A stretch of 64,000 bases of DNA from Vermamoeba vermiformis (taxonomy: Eukaryota): assembly GCA_045837725.1 (NCBI GenBank), contig JBEWZL010000282.1, forward strand, positions 248,001-312,000. Reading direction: 5' to 3'. The position numbers and the translations under genes are program-made. Position 1 is the first letter of the stretch. Every line of letters begins with the position of its first letter. The notes under the pieces were generated by a model. The model was not told the DNA's origin. It was given only the letters and a program-made list of their open reading frames with translations, and searched no databases. This document shows, one piece after another, positions 14,461 through 27,474 of the stretch.

Positions 14461-15493
14461 CTAATGCATCTGACGAAGACTTGGATCTTCTGAATGTACT
14501 ATAATGTCTGTCGATCCAATTACATTGGAAGGATATACAACTTTGATGTTAGTCACGCATGCATTGTTTGATAGGCCTAGACTTAGCAACATGGCATAAA
14601 TTCTGTCGATCTCAGCAGTTTCAACAGTAGACTTGACTTTTGCAACTTCAACTTCGTGGCGCAGCTTATTCAATTTATCTACAGCGCTTCTTACTGTCAT
14701 TTTTGTTTCTTCATTGAGGTTGTCTGTCTCTGCTATTTGAAGTAAGATCCCTAGCGATAAAATTGCGCCAAGAGGAAAGTATTTCGGGATCTGCCACTGC
14801 TCATGCGCTTCATACTTATCTACCAGTGGCTTTGGTACTTGAATAGACTTATGAACTACTGTTCTAATGTAATCAAAGCCGTCTCTAGGTCTAAATACAT
14901 CGCTGTCAAAATATACTTCCATTGCTTTCAGTTTAAATTCGTGTTTTTTCTTCAAAGTATCTTTTGCAGGCCAAAAACTGTTCGGGGACTTGTATTTGCA
15001 ATTATTTTGCGCAATATCATCGACAACCGGAATTAATTCTTCTTGGATCTGATGACACTTTATATCTTTAATGATTTTCCAGGAGTACGAGCTTTCATCC
15101 TGTACGTTACTGTAGGATTAGCACTTTTTTGCATTTAAAATGACCACAAAACTGAGTTAATGTATTTTTTGGGCTTACCGCTGATCTACTGTTTGTAATA
15201 CCAATATAAGCCTTCTTTGTTATAAAATAGCCAAACGTACAATTATTTGAATTATTTTCCTCATTGAAAAATTGTTTTACGAGCTCATTTTTTCTCCATC
15301 TGTGCCTCTTCTCACTCCATTCCGTCCTCAATTGGTTGGGAATATTTTTTAAATATGTAGTCCACGAAGAGTTGTCATTATTAGATGATGTCAGTTTGAT
15401 ACTGTTGCTTCGGCTTGATGTAGACCTTTTATGCAGATCCGGTTCACTTTTTGGCTGCTTTGACAACGCAGAGCCTTGTCGTGATATCGACAT
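14461..15493 (-). CDS. Hypothetical intronless protein (about 340 aa, frame break near 15110-15125) with a weak GIY-YIG-like motif
   Basis: ORFs 15107-15493 and 14461-14955 are bridged by an open frame (SYSNVQDESSYSWKIIKD...PAKDTLKKKHEF); motif GYFITKKAYIGIT. Confidence 0.5.
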
Positions 15494-15584
15494 TTCAAAA
15501 TAGATAAAAAAAACTCCAATTTACGGCCAATTTTTGACCAGCACAGCGGAATTACTAAAAAGAGATTTATTACAAGAAAAATGA

Positions 15585-17813
15585 TTAGAGATATTGACCA
15601 CCGCGACAAATGTCTCTAAAACCAAAACTGCCGCCCTTAGTGGAGAGCTTAATAGCGTCCAAAATACCGTCCGTAATGATGAACACAATAGACACCGCCA
15701 AGAATATGACCATGCACCACATGACGTAGCTCGTCTTGTTGTACTTGCGACTCACGACCACAACGACTCTGTTGCCAATAGCGCTAGCACCGACACCAAT
15801 GGCGGAGAACAAAAGCGCGTAGTCCCAAATCATGCGACCCATGAAGATGAAGCGAACAACCGCTGCGAGTGAACTGAGGGCCTGTGAGAGGAGGTTAGTT
15901 TGAGTGTTCGAATGACACTTTGACACGTTGACACTTACGATCAAAAACAATGAAGTTGATGCGGCAATGGCAGGGAGCACGCCCAAGTAGATCTAGACAT
16001 AAAATTAGAACATAATCAATATGTAGCCGTTACTAATAATGACCTACCATCAACGGAGAGAGCACAGTGCCGACACCAACACCGAGGGCTGTCGAGGCTG
16101 TGCCTGCAAGCAAAGAGCCAATGAACACGAGACCAATCGTGCGCGGGGTCCACTTAGTGTCACCAGGCTTCCACATGTAGCCAATCTTTTCTTTGCGCCT
16201 GTAGTCCAAGATGTAGTATCTGACGGCGATAATCAAAAACGCGAGCACCATGAACGGAATAATCATAGTAATGCCGATCCAAAACTCCGTGCTGCACGTC
16301 TCAACACCGATGAGACTCTCTGACTTGCCACCAACGAGCAACGAGTGCGTGACATATGCGAGCATCAAACCAAGGATGATAAGAATGATGCCGAAGGGAA
16401 CTTTAGCTTCACGCTTTTGAATCTTGTCAATCTTGGTGTAGTCCTCGAACAACTGAATGACATCTGTGTGACACGTGTCAAACTAAAGTGACACTTTCTA
16501 AATGACGCGAGAGATATTACCTGGTGGAGGTCCTTCACTGTGCTCGAGCTCTTGTTCTTCGAGTGATTTGACATTTGTTTCGCCGGTCTCTAACAAGGGC
16601 TTGTCAAGACTGTTGCGTGAATACAGTGCGTGTTCTTTTTCTTCGCGTTTTTTCTTCTTTTCTTCTGCGTTCATTCTACGAGCCTTAATAATTATAGGTG
16701 AGCAAATTGGCGCGTTGTAAATTAATTTTTTGAACTACGTACCACGCGAATGATGTGCACGAGCGTGATAGTTAAGACGACTACGAGCACAATAGCAATG
16801 AACCATTGAGGCATCAGTTGATTCAGCACTGCTCCCAATGTCGTTCCTAACAAGTTACATATGTTATTGCACTTATTCTATGTCTTCCTTATTTGGAAAA
16901 ATGTACCTAAGAGCACCATAGGCGTGATGATCAAAGCCAACTTGTAATCAACGAGTGGTCTGTTCTTGACAGGATGACGTCGTTTAATTTGCAACAAATA
17001 GCTCAATATTGAGATACCAAAGATAATGGCCTATAATGTCGTGTTAGAATTGATATTTAGTAGATCTAGATCTAGTACACGTACTTGAGATAAAGGACCT
17101 GCTTCATCTGTATCAAAACTGCCAACGAAAATAAGTAGCGAAATAAACACCGATGAGCCCAAAATGCCTGAATAAAATTAAATGTTAAATAGCTGATAGA
17201 AAAAATATGCGCAATATTAATTTTACCTCCGGTGGACGCAAAAATGCCAATAATTAATAAAATAAGCGGCACTACTATATCGGACCAATGGAAAAAATCG
17301 GTAAGATTCTTGCGCACGCATTGAAAGCCCGACTCGTGATTGAGCTCTTTACAAATCCACAACTCTGATTCTTCCAGACAAATTGCATCATCATGGCAGT
17401 AGCTAAATATTTCGGTAATTAGATGTCAATCAAGACTTGAATAATAAACAAATTACGATGCGCATTAAAATTTAGGACGTGTGATCTGCCAAATAAACAA
17501 AATTGGTTGTAAATTGTCGCAAAATTAATAGACAATAGATTTCACATAAATAACATTATAATAATTATTATTAGTGCTAAAACGACGCGTGATCCATTTT
17601 TAACGGCAAAAATTACCTGCACAGGCCATCAATACAAGCCAAGCCATCAGGGCACTGAATAAAAAACTCGCATGTCTTATTAAATACAGAAGGGCTATAT
17701 TTTGATAGTTGTCGGGTCGAAAATGCTTCAAAATCCGTTTTAGAACCTTCCACGATCGAAATCCAAAGCAAGAACGCTACTGCTAACAAAAATAGCGTTG
17801 ATATTCGCTTCAT
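15585..17813 (-). CDS. Sulfite exporter TauE/SafE (DUF81) family membrane protein with signal peptide and Cys-rich N-terminus
   Basis: ASTGG-ILGSS, RHPVKNRPLVDYKLALIITPMVLLGTTLG, AGTASTALGVGVGTVLSP, GVLPAIAASTS; many TM segments. Confidence 0.85.
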
Positions 17814-18143
17814 ATTGGAATATATATTACAAAAATAAACAAGTTTGCGAATTTACAGTGCTTTGTGCTCGTTCATTGCTCTAACTAAACTAAAAAAAAC
17901 GGGACAGCTGAAGCTCAATTCTAGATTTTCAGGAACGAAAAAAGCAATTAGATTTGTCATTAACAAGACTAAGTTTCTCAATGAATATCGCTTATAATCA
18001 TAATGACCCGTATGTAAGAGAAAATTAGTAATTAAACGTCAACACGTCAAAAATATCTTCCGTCATTTTCCTCGCTGTAATTTTATCTTTTGGATCTGAT
18101 TAGTATAGCTACATTAGTGTATTATTTTTTACATATCATATTA

Positions 18144-21100
18144 ATGGATGATCTTGTACCGACGTGGCTTGACCAACTGCAAAATGAAGATCCGCAACAG
18201 CAAGAAGGAGCATTGAGGAAATTAATTTATCATTCTACTCGAGGTATAATATTAACTAATAATATGATTAATCAAATTTACTCGAAATTACAGCAGGAAA
18301 TTAATTTTGAAACTGCAGATCTGACATTTTATTATGACACGCGTTTCAAGTTGAAAATTAATCGTTATTGGTATATAATTAATTTTTTATATTAAAGACA
18401 CTACTATTCAACGCATAAAGAAGAGCGGAAAGATAAAATACATTACTGCGGCGTTAAAATCAGAAAATGAATACGTGTCGATGTTAGCGGCATGGGTTAC
18501 TGCCCTCGTAACATTTAAAGGTAATAATAATATAATATTATTAATAAATAAAAATGACCAACTCAAATTTCTATCTCGATCCAGATGAGGAAACGCGACA
18601 TTTATTCGCCCGCGCAAATGTTATTGAAGGACTGGTACAGTTATTAGAAAATACTGATAACCCTAATGTCGTGCAAAAAGCTTGTTGGGCCATTACTAAT
18701 CTCAGTTCTGATGGTAAGCAGATTCAAGTAACAAAATTATTGCAAGATTTGTGTAATAGTTATAACCCCGATAAATATGTACTTACATTAACTATTAGAT
18801 GATATTCGCGAGATGATGTCGCAAACACCGATAATGAAGCATTTAACACATTTGTACCGTTCAACTTCCTCGATCGACGTCAAAAAATCCGCTATTGAGC
18901 CACTGATTAATCTTCTCGCTGATAGTACGTATTGAATAATCACATTACACGTTTAATATATTAAAGCCTTTTGTGGTGATGCAGATCCAGGTTTTGATAA
19001 TAATTTTTTTTAACAGAGGAACAACAACGCTTGTTTTCGCGAGGTGGAGGTATTAGCACTACAATTAGTCTATTTTCGCATATAGAAGATGAGGGCGAAC
19101 AAAAGAATGCGACGATTATGTTGTACTTCATGAGCATCCATTTCGGTAAGACAGAAAAATTAATATAACCAGCAAAATAATATATGCCTAATGTATATAT
19201 TTGTAGATGACTTAAGAGCAGAAATAGTTCGCCAAGGTGCACTTCCAGTGCTTCAAAAGCAATTGCTCCTCAAAGACAATTCCATTCGCGAATTAACGAT
19301 GCGATTGCTGAATAATTTATCTGTTTGTGGTACGTTAAGTGCTATTTAATATTTCGCCTAAAATCAGACCGAGATCTAACTACCAAAATTTTCAGAATTG
19401 AATGAGATGCCCATTTTAGGCTCAGGCGTATTATTTCCTGTATTTGATCTGCTTAATTCCGACGACGCCAGCGAAGACTTGAAAAAACAATCGTTAATGT
19501 TATTATCTAACTTGGCTACTAATGGTACGAGTTACCGATTACCAAATAAGGAAATACCTAACATTTTCAACACTAGAACAAGTCCGTGCTTCTATTCGAT
19601 ACTGCGCCTGGCTTGAACCCGTGATGAATTTGTTGACTCATTCGCGCATGGACATCAACGAACAAGCACTGCGATTTGTCATAAACATCACATTCGATGG
19701 TACGTCAATGCGACCACTTTAGCGCTATAAAATATTAATACAGGGCTTAGAGTACTGTCGCAAACAGTTGTTGGACGCAGGAGCTGTCGACCTGATCAAT
19801 GGCAAGAAGCCACAGTGGAGCTCAGGGACAGAACAAATCAACAAACTGTCGCTCATGGCCATCGAGAACTTGTTGACGCCGAGTACGTAACACGCGTGCA
19901 GTGAAAAGTACTTGACTAACGGTGATTGGTCCATAGTCTCAGATGCAGTGCAAGCATATTTGAAGACTGAAGTGGAGATTGAATTCACGCCCATTGAAGA
20001 TGACGATGATGAGGTGATTGACGTGCAGTCGGATGAGGACGGTAAAGCGAAGGTAGATCCGACCTCACCAAGGGATAAAAATGTGGTAATTGGTGCCAAG
20101 CCCGATGAAGCTAAGCAACCTGTCAATGAAGAGCCGTCCATGGACCTCGATCTCGTTTTGGAGCAATTGAAAGTGCTGTCTGAACATCGCAAACGAGTCA
20201 AGGAGAGCAAAGAACAACTGGTCAAAGAACAGATTCAACAGCAACAACAAGTCACTGCACGACGTGAAGAGGAAGAGAAGATCAAACAAAAGATCACGCG
20301 CGAGAAGAAATTACGCACTGAAGGTACCTTTGACACGTGTCATTGCGTGTCACACTTTAAGACCGTGACACAATGTTCTAATATTAATGTTCAGGCACAC
20401 TACATGCCCGTCGTGAAGTAGTGGCCAAGGAGTTGTTGAAGACTGAAAATGAGTTCTTGACGACTTTAGAGGACGTGCTCAAGGTACGCGTCAAGTGACA
20501 CGTGTCAAGAGGTACTTTTGAGACTAATTTTACGATTTGTCCAGCACTATGTCTTGCCGTTGCGAGAGGCTATTTCAACACAACGACCAATCATATCCGA
20601 AGCTGAAGTGCGCAGTATATTCTCAATTACTGACATGATCTACAATATCAACAAGAACTTCTTGGAAAAAGTCAAAAATCGTTTGAAAAGCTGGAATTAT
20701 GAGTCGGTTATTGGCGATGTATTCTCTGAATGGGTACGCTGAATATATATATATATTATAATTCCGATTATTTCCTAATTTGGAAATATTAGGCCAATTA
20801 TTTCAAAGCGTACCAGCAGTATGTCAACAATTACAGCGACGCCGTGGCTACGTACTCCAAGTGCGTTAAAACCAACAAAGAGTTCCAGAAGTTTGTTAAG
20901 GTATTTTAATATAGCTTGTTATTAACTACAATACCTAATATTACTATTTTTATAGCAAGCTGAGCTTAAAACTGACGAGAGAGATCTGTTCGAGTTATTA
21001 ATTCAGCCTATTAAACGAGTGCCTAAGTACGTACCGATACTTATACTCCGTATAGTTATTAATGTTTCTATAGGTATTTGGAGTACTTGCGCGAGTTTGA

Positions 21101-21897
21101 AAAGTTTACTCCTTCGCACCATCCGGATGTACGGCAAGTAAAGAAAGCCATCGACACAATTGAAGTATTAGGTAAAATAAAGTTAATTATATAGTACTAT
21201 ATTATATATATGTATTAATATTAGCTGCTTAGTCGATTATGTCAATGGTATCAAGCCAGTCGCTGAAAAGGCCAACAAAATTATCGAATTAGAAAACAAA
21301 TTTTCAAATTTAGAAGACGTAAGATTATATAATATCCCACATTAATATGATATCTAATATTATCTTACCAATAGACGTTGTTAACTCCAACTCGATTGTT
21401 GATCAAGGACGGTACATTCATTCAAGAAAAGAAGTCAGGCTCGAGATACATCTACCTCTTCTTATTTAACGACGTCTTGGTCATATCGATGCAGCGCAAC
21501 AAAAAACAACACAAAATTCGTCAAATCATCCATTTGACCAAGATCGACAACGCCATGGAGTTATCTGCCCCTGCATTAGTCGCTAACGATGATTTGTCGT
21601 ATGAAGTATCGACCATGAATAACTCTGAGCGTCCTACTATCGAGGACAGCACTGGTACGTCGAACTGAAATAATTTTGTACCGGATCCGAATCTGATCGA
21701 ACTTTTTTTTAGGTTTGTTCCGCTTCGCTATTATCTTTGAAGAAGGTGGAAAGAAGAGAGCTATTGCCGTAGCCGCTCCAACAATCGCTGATCGCAGTGC
21801 GTGGGTCACAACAATTAATTCTGAGAGTCGCGCTTGCAAGAGCAAAGCGGATGGACTCGGAGCCACTCCGAAATTCAACGCTGACTCTGACATGTAA
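18144..21897 (+). CDS. Second armadillo-repeat RhoGEF (ARM-DH-PH)
   Basis: ARM motifs (KACWAITNLS, EQALRFVINIT); DH motifs VAKELLKTENEFL, LLIQPIKRVPKY...HPD; PH motif YLFLFNDVLVI. Confidence 0.88.
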
Positions 21898-22051
21898 TTT
21901 TATTAATATAATATACAACACTGTCTTGTAATTAAAGAGGTAATTGTTTGTGCAAGTGTCAAATTAATCAACGACGCATGTCAGATCCGGTTTTTACCCG
22001 ACGAATCTTCCGATCCAACTTCATCGATTGAATTCAAAACGAATAACAACG

Positions 22052-22967
22052 ATGAAGACAATTATAATTAGTGCAATTATTTGTCTCGTTGTTTGTATCC
22101 ATGTCGTGAAGAGTCAGATGGTGCCTGGTAAATAGGTTAAATTAGCAAGATTATGGTTCTAAAATCTAATTATTAATAAGGTGATATTAATCATATTTAT
22201 GGGCGGTTGTACGTTGGAAATTATCGTGCAGGAAAAGATATCAAAGGGCTCACAGAGACTTACAATATTACTGCAGTTCTCAATGTAGCTTGGGACCTCG
22301 ATATTAGGTAATAATAATGCAATATTTAATATGCAAGCATAAATCTAATATTTGCTGAACCGCCAACCAAATCCGATTTTTTTTTGATTCCAGTTTGGCA
22401 GGTACGATAACTACATGGTGCCTCCTGGATACCACATGATGATTCAAGCAAATAAAGTGAGTCAAATATGCAAAATACTGCTAACTGCATGTTTTGACTG
22501 GATTTGGCCTTTAGGTTGGTTTAATTGACGGTACTGGCAATAATATTGCTACACTAGCCTCGGCATTATATGTGCTCGATCAATACTTTCTGCCGCGTAC
22601 TTTAGAAGGCAAAGATAACAGCACCTACCCTCCTGGTATGTATTTCATTCTTTCAGATCGGATCCGCTGACTTTCAACCAGTCAACAACGTGCTCGTGCA
22701 TTGCAACAAGGGTCAAAGTCGATCAGTCGTAGTCACTGCGTTATATTTGTACTACAAATCAGGCAAATTCAAGAGCTTTGACGACGCTGTACAATTCGTA
22801 AAAAGTAAGTTTCCTTGAATAGTTCTTATTCACTTATTGCTATATTAACGATTGTGCAAGACAAGCGAGGTCTGTCTAGCAATAATGAAGTACCAGATCC
22901 GAATATCCTCGCACTCGCGCAGCAGTTGAGTGGCATGGATGTGTTTAGCCTATTCTCGACTAAGTAA
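22052..22967 (+). CDS. Dual-specificity phosphatase (CX5R) with N-terminal signal peptide
   Basis: MKTIIISAIICLVVCIHVVKS signal; RLYVGNY...NITAVLNVA; catalytic loop VLVHCNKGQSRSVVV. Confidence 0.85.
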
Positions 22968-23023
22968 ACAAAAGAGGATGTAAAACTAATTTCGCATTTA
23001 TTTACTGTATTATATATATATTA

Positions 23024-26000
23024 TTAGTTTGATCCCAGCAAGGTCAAGAAAGTAACTACTTTGCTGAAGATCTTCTTGTCGGTTTTGTACTGTTGGATCA
23101 GCCCGGCCAATAAATTAACGGCTTGTTCTTCAATCAATAGTAACTTAATTTTAGCTATTGATAGTCAATGTTAGCTTATTGTGCAATGTACGGTCAGATC
23201 TACTTACGATCCTTGGCGAAGATAGTGAGCAAATTCAACAGATTGTCAGCGTATTTGGCAGGGTACTTCTTCGTGGTACTAAGATTGCGCAGTATATAAA
23301 ACAATGCCATATTGTCGGCTACAATTCTGCTGGCATTGCCCGCGTCTAATCGTCAAGAGGTTAGATCCGATCCCCACAACTGCAGCGTATTAAAGCTGTT
23401 ACTTACGTGTGCTACATATGGCTGCAAATATGCCCAGTGTGTGCTTAGCAAGCTTGATGTAATCAGCGGTCTCCTTCAACTTCAGCACTGACAGCAGCAA
23501 TGGGAAAGCACCATCAAACAGGGCCACTTTGATGCTCGCATTTTCTATCATAACGTCGTGTTAGGCAATTATATTTATGCTAAGTGGTAGTGCTTACCGT
23601 CCTTAGTCAAGTGGAACAGAGCACGCAAGATATCAACGAGCACATCGAAGGGCACAGGTGTCATTTGCAGGTGTACCTTGAGCTGCACCATTAACGCGTC
23701 TTCAGTGACACCAAAGAGGCCAGCACTCATCTTTCTGAACGGCCCTAGTAATGCATCGTCAGTGCCATTCGACCCACACTACCAGTCTACGTACATAATT
23801 TCACGAGTGAAGTGAATGCACCGAGTGCCGGGTTCAGCACAGTCGCGGGAAGATTAGTCTTTTTAATAGTGTCCACTGCGATAGTGTTAGAGAGGATAGA
23901 CAGAGTAAATAGAGTGTCCGTACCAGTAGCCTCGACCACGCTCTGCACACGCGTGAGGTCAGTCTCAGCGGCAATGTTGCGCTGATCGACGCGCTTCAAA
24001 ATGTTTTGAATGTGCATGAAACACTTGGCAGCAACATCAGTGCTCTCGGACATGTTCTTCAGTGTCGTGCACAACAGCATTTGACCCAAAAATATTTTCT
24101 CGTTCTGTACCCGGGGTAGTCAATAAGGACCATGCATGACTAGTGTTACTTACGAATGAGATGTTGTACGTGTATCCTGCAAACAATGGGCTGATTCTCT
24201 CCGCCAATTTGATCATCAAACTGCGGTCCTCGGGCTTAATGACATCGCTCAACAATCCACGCACGCTATCTATTCACAGTTGTCAGCCAAGCACGGACAC
24301 AACATCGATACTTACCGTCTTTCTGAATAGCCGCTGAGAGCAAAGTGGCCAAGGACTCGTACATGGAGCCGCTGTCTCTGTCAATCAAACTCAACGAGGA
24401 CTTGTAAGTCTCCACCAAGTCAGTTCGTTTCTCACGCTCCGCGTCTTTAATCTTCGCCTCTAAGTCTGTTATCTTTGTCTCTCGCTCACGCACCATGGTC
24501 AACAGAACAACGATCTTAGACGGCACATCGCCTTCGAGTCCATCATTAGATGAAGCCAATAGCTTGAGCACTTCGATAATTTGACTCGAGTTCGATGAGT
24601 CTACGAACAAGGCAGCGAACTGTTTGTCAATCTCGTGAATGATTGGTGCCATGTTCGAGATTCTTTTAGCACTAGACAACGTGTTGAGTAGCTTGAACAA
24701 CTCTGCGCTGACTTGGTTGTTGGCGCCGAGTTGCAGCAGTGCCAAGAAGTACGCGTTAAATCGATCAAAGTCAATCGCCTTGTCGTCATTGGCTGCCCAT
24801 GTCTGCAACGTTTTGACGATTGCCATTGAATTGGGTACGGAGCTAACGTTTGACATGGCCGCTGCGTAGAGTGCCTTGTCGACTTCTTCGGCCCTAGCAC
24901 ACGTGTTAGACATCATGAACTGTCACTGAATGTGTTCGACTTACACGAGCAGTTCGATGACGTTCTTCATTTTCGTGAAGGATCCCAGCGCAGTCGCAAC
25001 TTTCTCGACATTTGCTCCTTGATTAAGAAGCTTGCCTAGTATGCGAATCACATCTTTCAGATTGGAAATATCTTGTCGGGCCGCTGTCATTTTATATGGT
25101 TAGATTTGCTTTTACCATTAAGATTACGCACATTTGGCGGCAAGAATCACCGAGCACAAGACTTGCGAGGCACTTGCGTTGAGGTTAGGTGTTGGCCAGC
25201 TATCAACCAACGCACAAATATCATTGAATAAGCTACACCTGACGTCAGCATAGTACTCAAATTAAATACCCTACGTACCCACTGTCAATGCAGCTAGTGG
25301 CCGCATCAGGGTTTACGAGGCTTCCATTTATAACATTCAAACAAGCCCCAACAACCTCTTCATTTTTACGCTCCAAGTAATACTTGAGCACATCGGCAAT
25401 GGGTCGAAGGTCAGTGCAAATACATTCTAACGAGATAACGTTAGGGTGGTTACATAAAAAATAAACGACGACTTACTAAAGGCCACCAATGAGTTCAATG
25501 TTTGCTTTGTAAGAGACTCATCCTCTTTTAGCCTATATCCGAGTTAGTCCCAGTGCCTTTAAATATAAGGTGAAACTTACGCCTGCAAGCCCTCCAATAA
25601 GGCCTTCATAGTCTCTTCTTGTTGACCAATGAACGCGCTGAGTGTCACGACCTTGTTTGGGCTCTGAGTAGTGCTTCGCGATAGAACAGGCCGAGGTTGC
25701 ACGACCACTAATGTATGTGAATACATGGATAGACATAGCAATGTACAACTGAACTTACCATAGTCAATAAAAGAGCCTTCAGGCAGTTGCACAAATTTAT
25801 CTCCATTGTCCTGCGCTACCATGATGTCAAAGTAGAGCACTCCTGCAAACTCGCCATCGTGTCTAACAAGTGTTATTTAACGACCCTATTGTGGTACCGA
25901 ACTTACGTCAAAGTGTGGCAGTGGTGAATGGGACCAGTAGCGAGTTGTTCCAAGTTGAGCGTGACAGTGTCAATCACGTCATTGCGTGAAGTCTAATGCG

Positions 26001-27255
26001 AGTGTTAGAACGTGCAACAGCCTTGAGCTCCAAACTCACTCTATCGTAGTCAGTCACAGTAATCTTCACTAGCTTCTTGTGCATCACATCAACCTCCTTG
26101 GCACGCAGGGTGTATTTGAACTCTTTACGGAAGTCGAACACAGGATTTAATGCTAATAACGCGTTAAATATGATGCACAAACACACACCTCCTTACTCTT
26201 CTCCTTGATCTCGGTTTCGAACTCTAACCCATCGAAATTAAACGTGATGAACGGATCCGACATTCCATTACTGTGGTATTCAATTAGACTCGTTTCTATA
26301 AGTAACTTATAGATATTGCGGTTACCTATCCATAGCCTTTAAATTCCTGCATCTGCAATTGGAAATGATGACGTTGAAATTTATCGCGTTCACTTGATCT
26401 GGATCCAAATTCTTCGAGCTACGAGGAGACTTGACGGACTAAATTGAAAATAATAAGCGCTTATATATATGCGATACTACTTACAGTTATAGAATCGTTA
26501 GTCGATGATTTTGGAACTACTAATCTTGGAGTTGAGTTTCGAGGAGAGACAGCCAAAACATCTGAATGGCATTACTGATTAATCATACAAAGAATAGGTA
26601 ATATAGTATAAATTTAAGTCTCACCTCTCTTTGGGCGAGGATCAAACGAGAAACTTAAATTGATCGAACCGCTCGTGGTCTTCTCCAAGCTCCACCAATC
26701 AGCCTCTACTCCGTTCAATATTTTTTCCATTAGAGATTTAATGGAGATTGTTAAGGAGCCCAAGGAATCATCTTTGCCAACCTGGATCGCGATCAATTTA
26801 ATTGAAACTCTGAACTTTCACCAAACATACCTTATCCCAATCATAACATTTGACTATTAATGTATCATCAACGACAACGTCTTTACTAATTAAAATTATT
26901 AGAGGTGATGCATGACGGTGTTAGCTTACAATGTAAAAGTCTCGTTCCAAACAGGGTTGACCGTTTTCATAACTTTGTTTGTTTTGACAGACTTCGTGTC
27001 TTTTGATTTGATATACAGCTTCACCTATAATTTGCAAATAAATAAAGGAAAAATTAATTATTTAATTCGAATTATGGATGCATTAATTCGCCTCGCATTC
27101 AGAATTAATTGGTAATTCGCCTTACATAAGGATCGCTAGTACCGCCTTTATCGGCAGCTTTCAAGTTCTGCGCTTTGATTACTGTTGCACAAATTCGTTA
27201 GTACTCATCTCCACATCCGCTAAATTTTCTTACCGGTAATGGTCAAAGAGTACAT
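23024..27255 (-). CDS. Multi-C2-domain protein with C-terminal ARM/helical repeats
   Basis: C2 motifs AQNLKAADKGGTSDPYVK...NPVWNETF...VKCYDWDKVGKDDSLG and NLKAMDSNGMSDPFI...LNPVFDF...VTDYDR; helical repeat exons downstream. Confidence 0.82.
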
Positions 27256-27474
27256 TGTCGACGGCTACTTCAGTTCAAGAAATAAACGATAAACAACTGG
27301 AATCGTTTTGTGCACTTTAATCTCCCACACGTGATGCGCCTATTTTTATCAACCGATGTTTTGTACTCGCTTTTGTGGTTAGAAAATAAGGCACTTGGAC
27401 ATAACTATTAGGTTTTCGGCTTTTATTTATAAAAACATTTTTTAATTTTTACTCGATGTTTCTACTGTTTCCGG

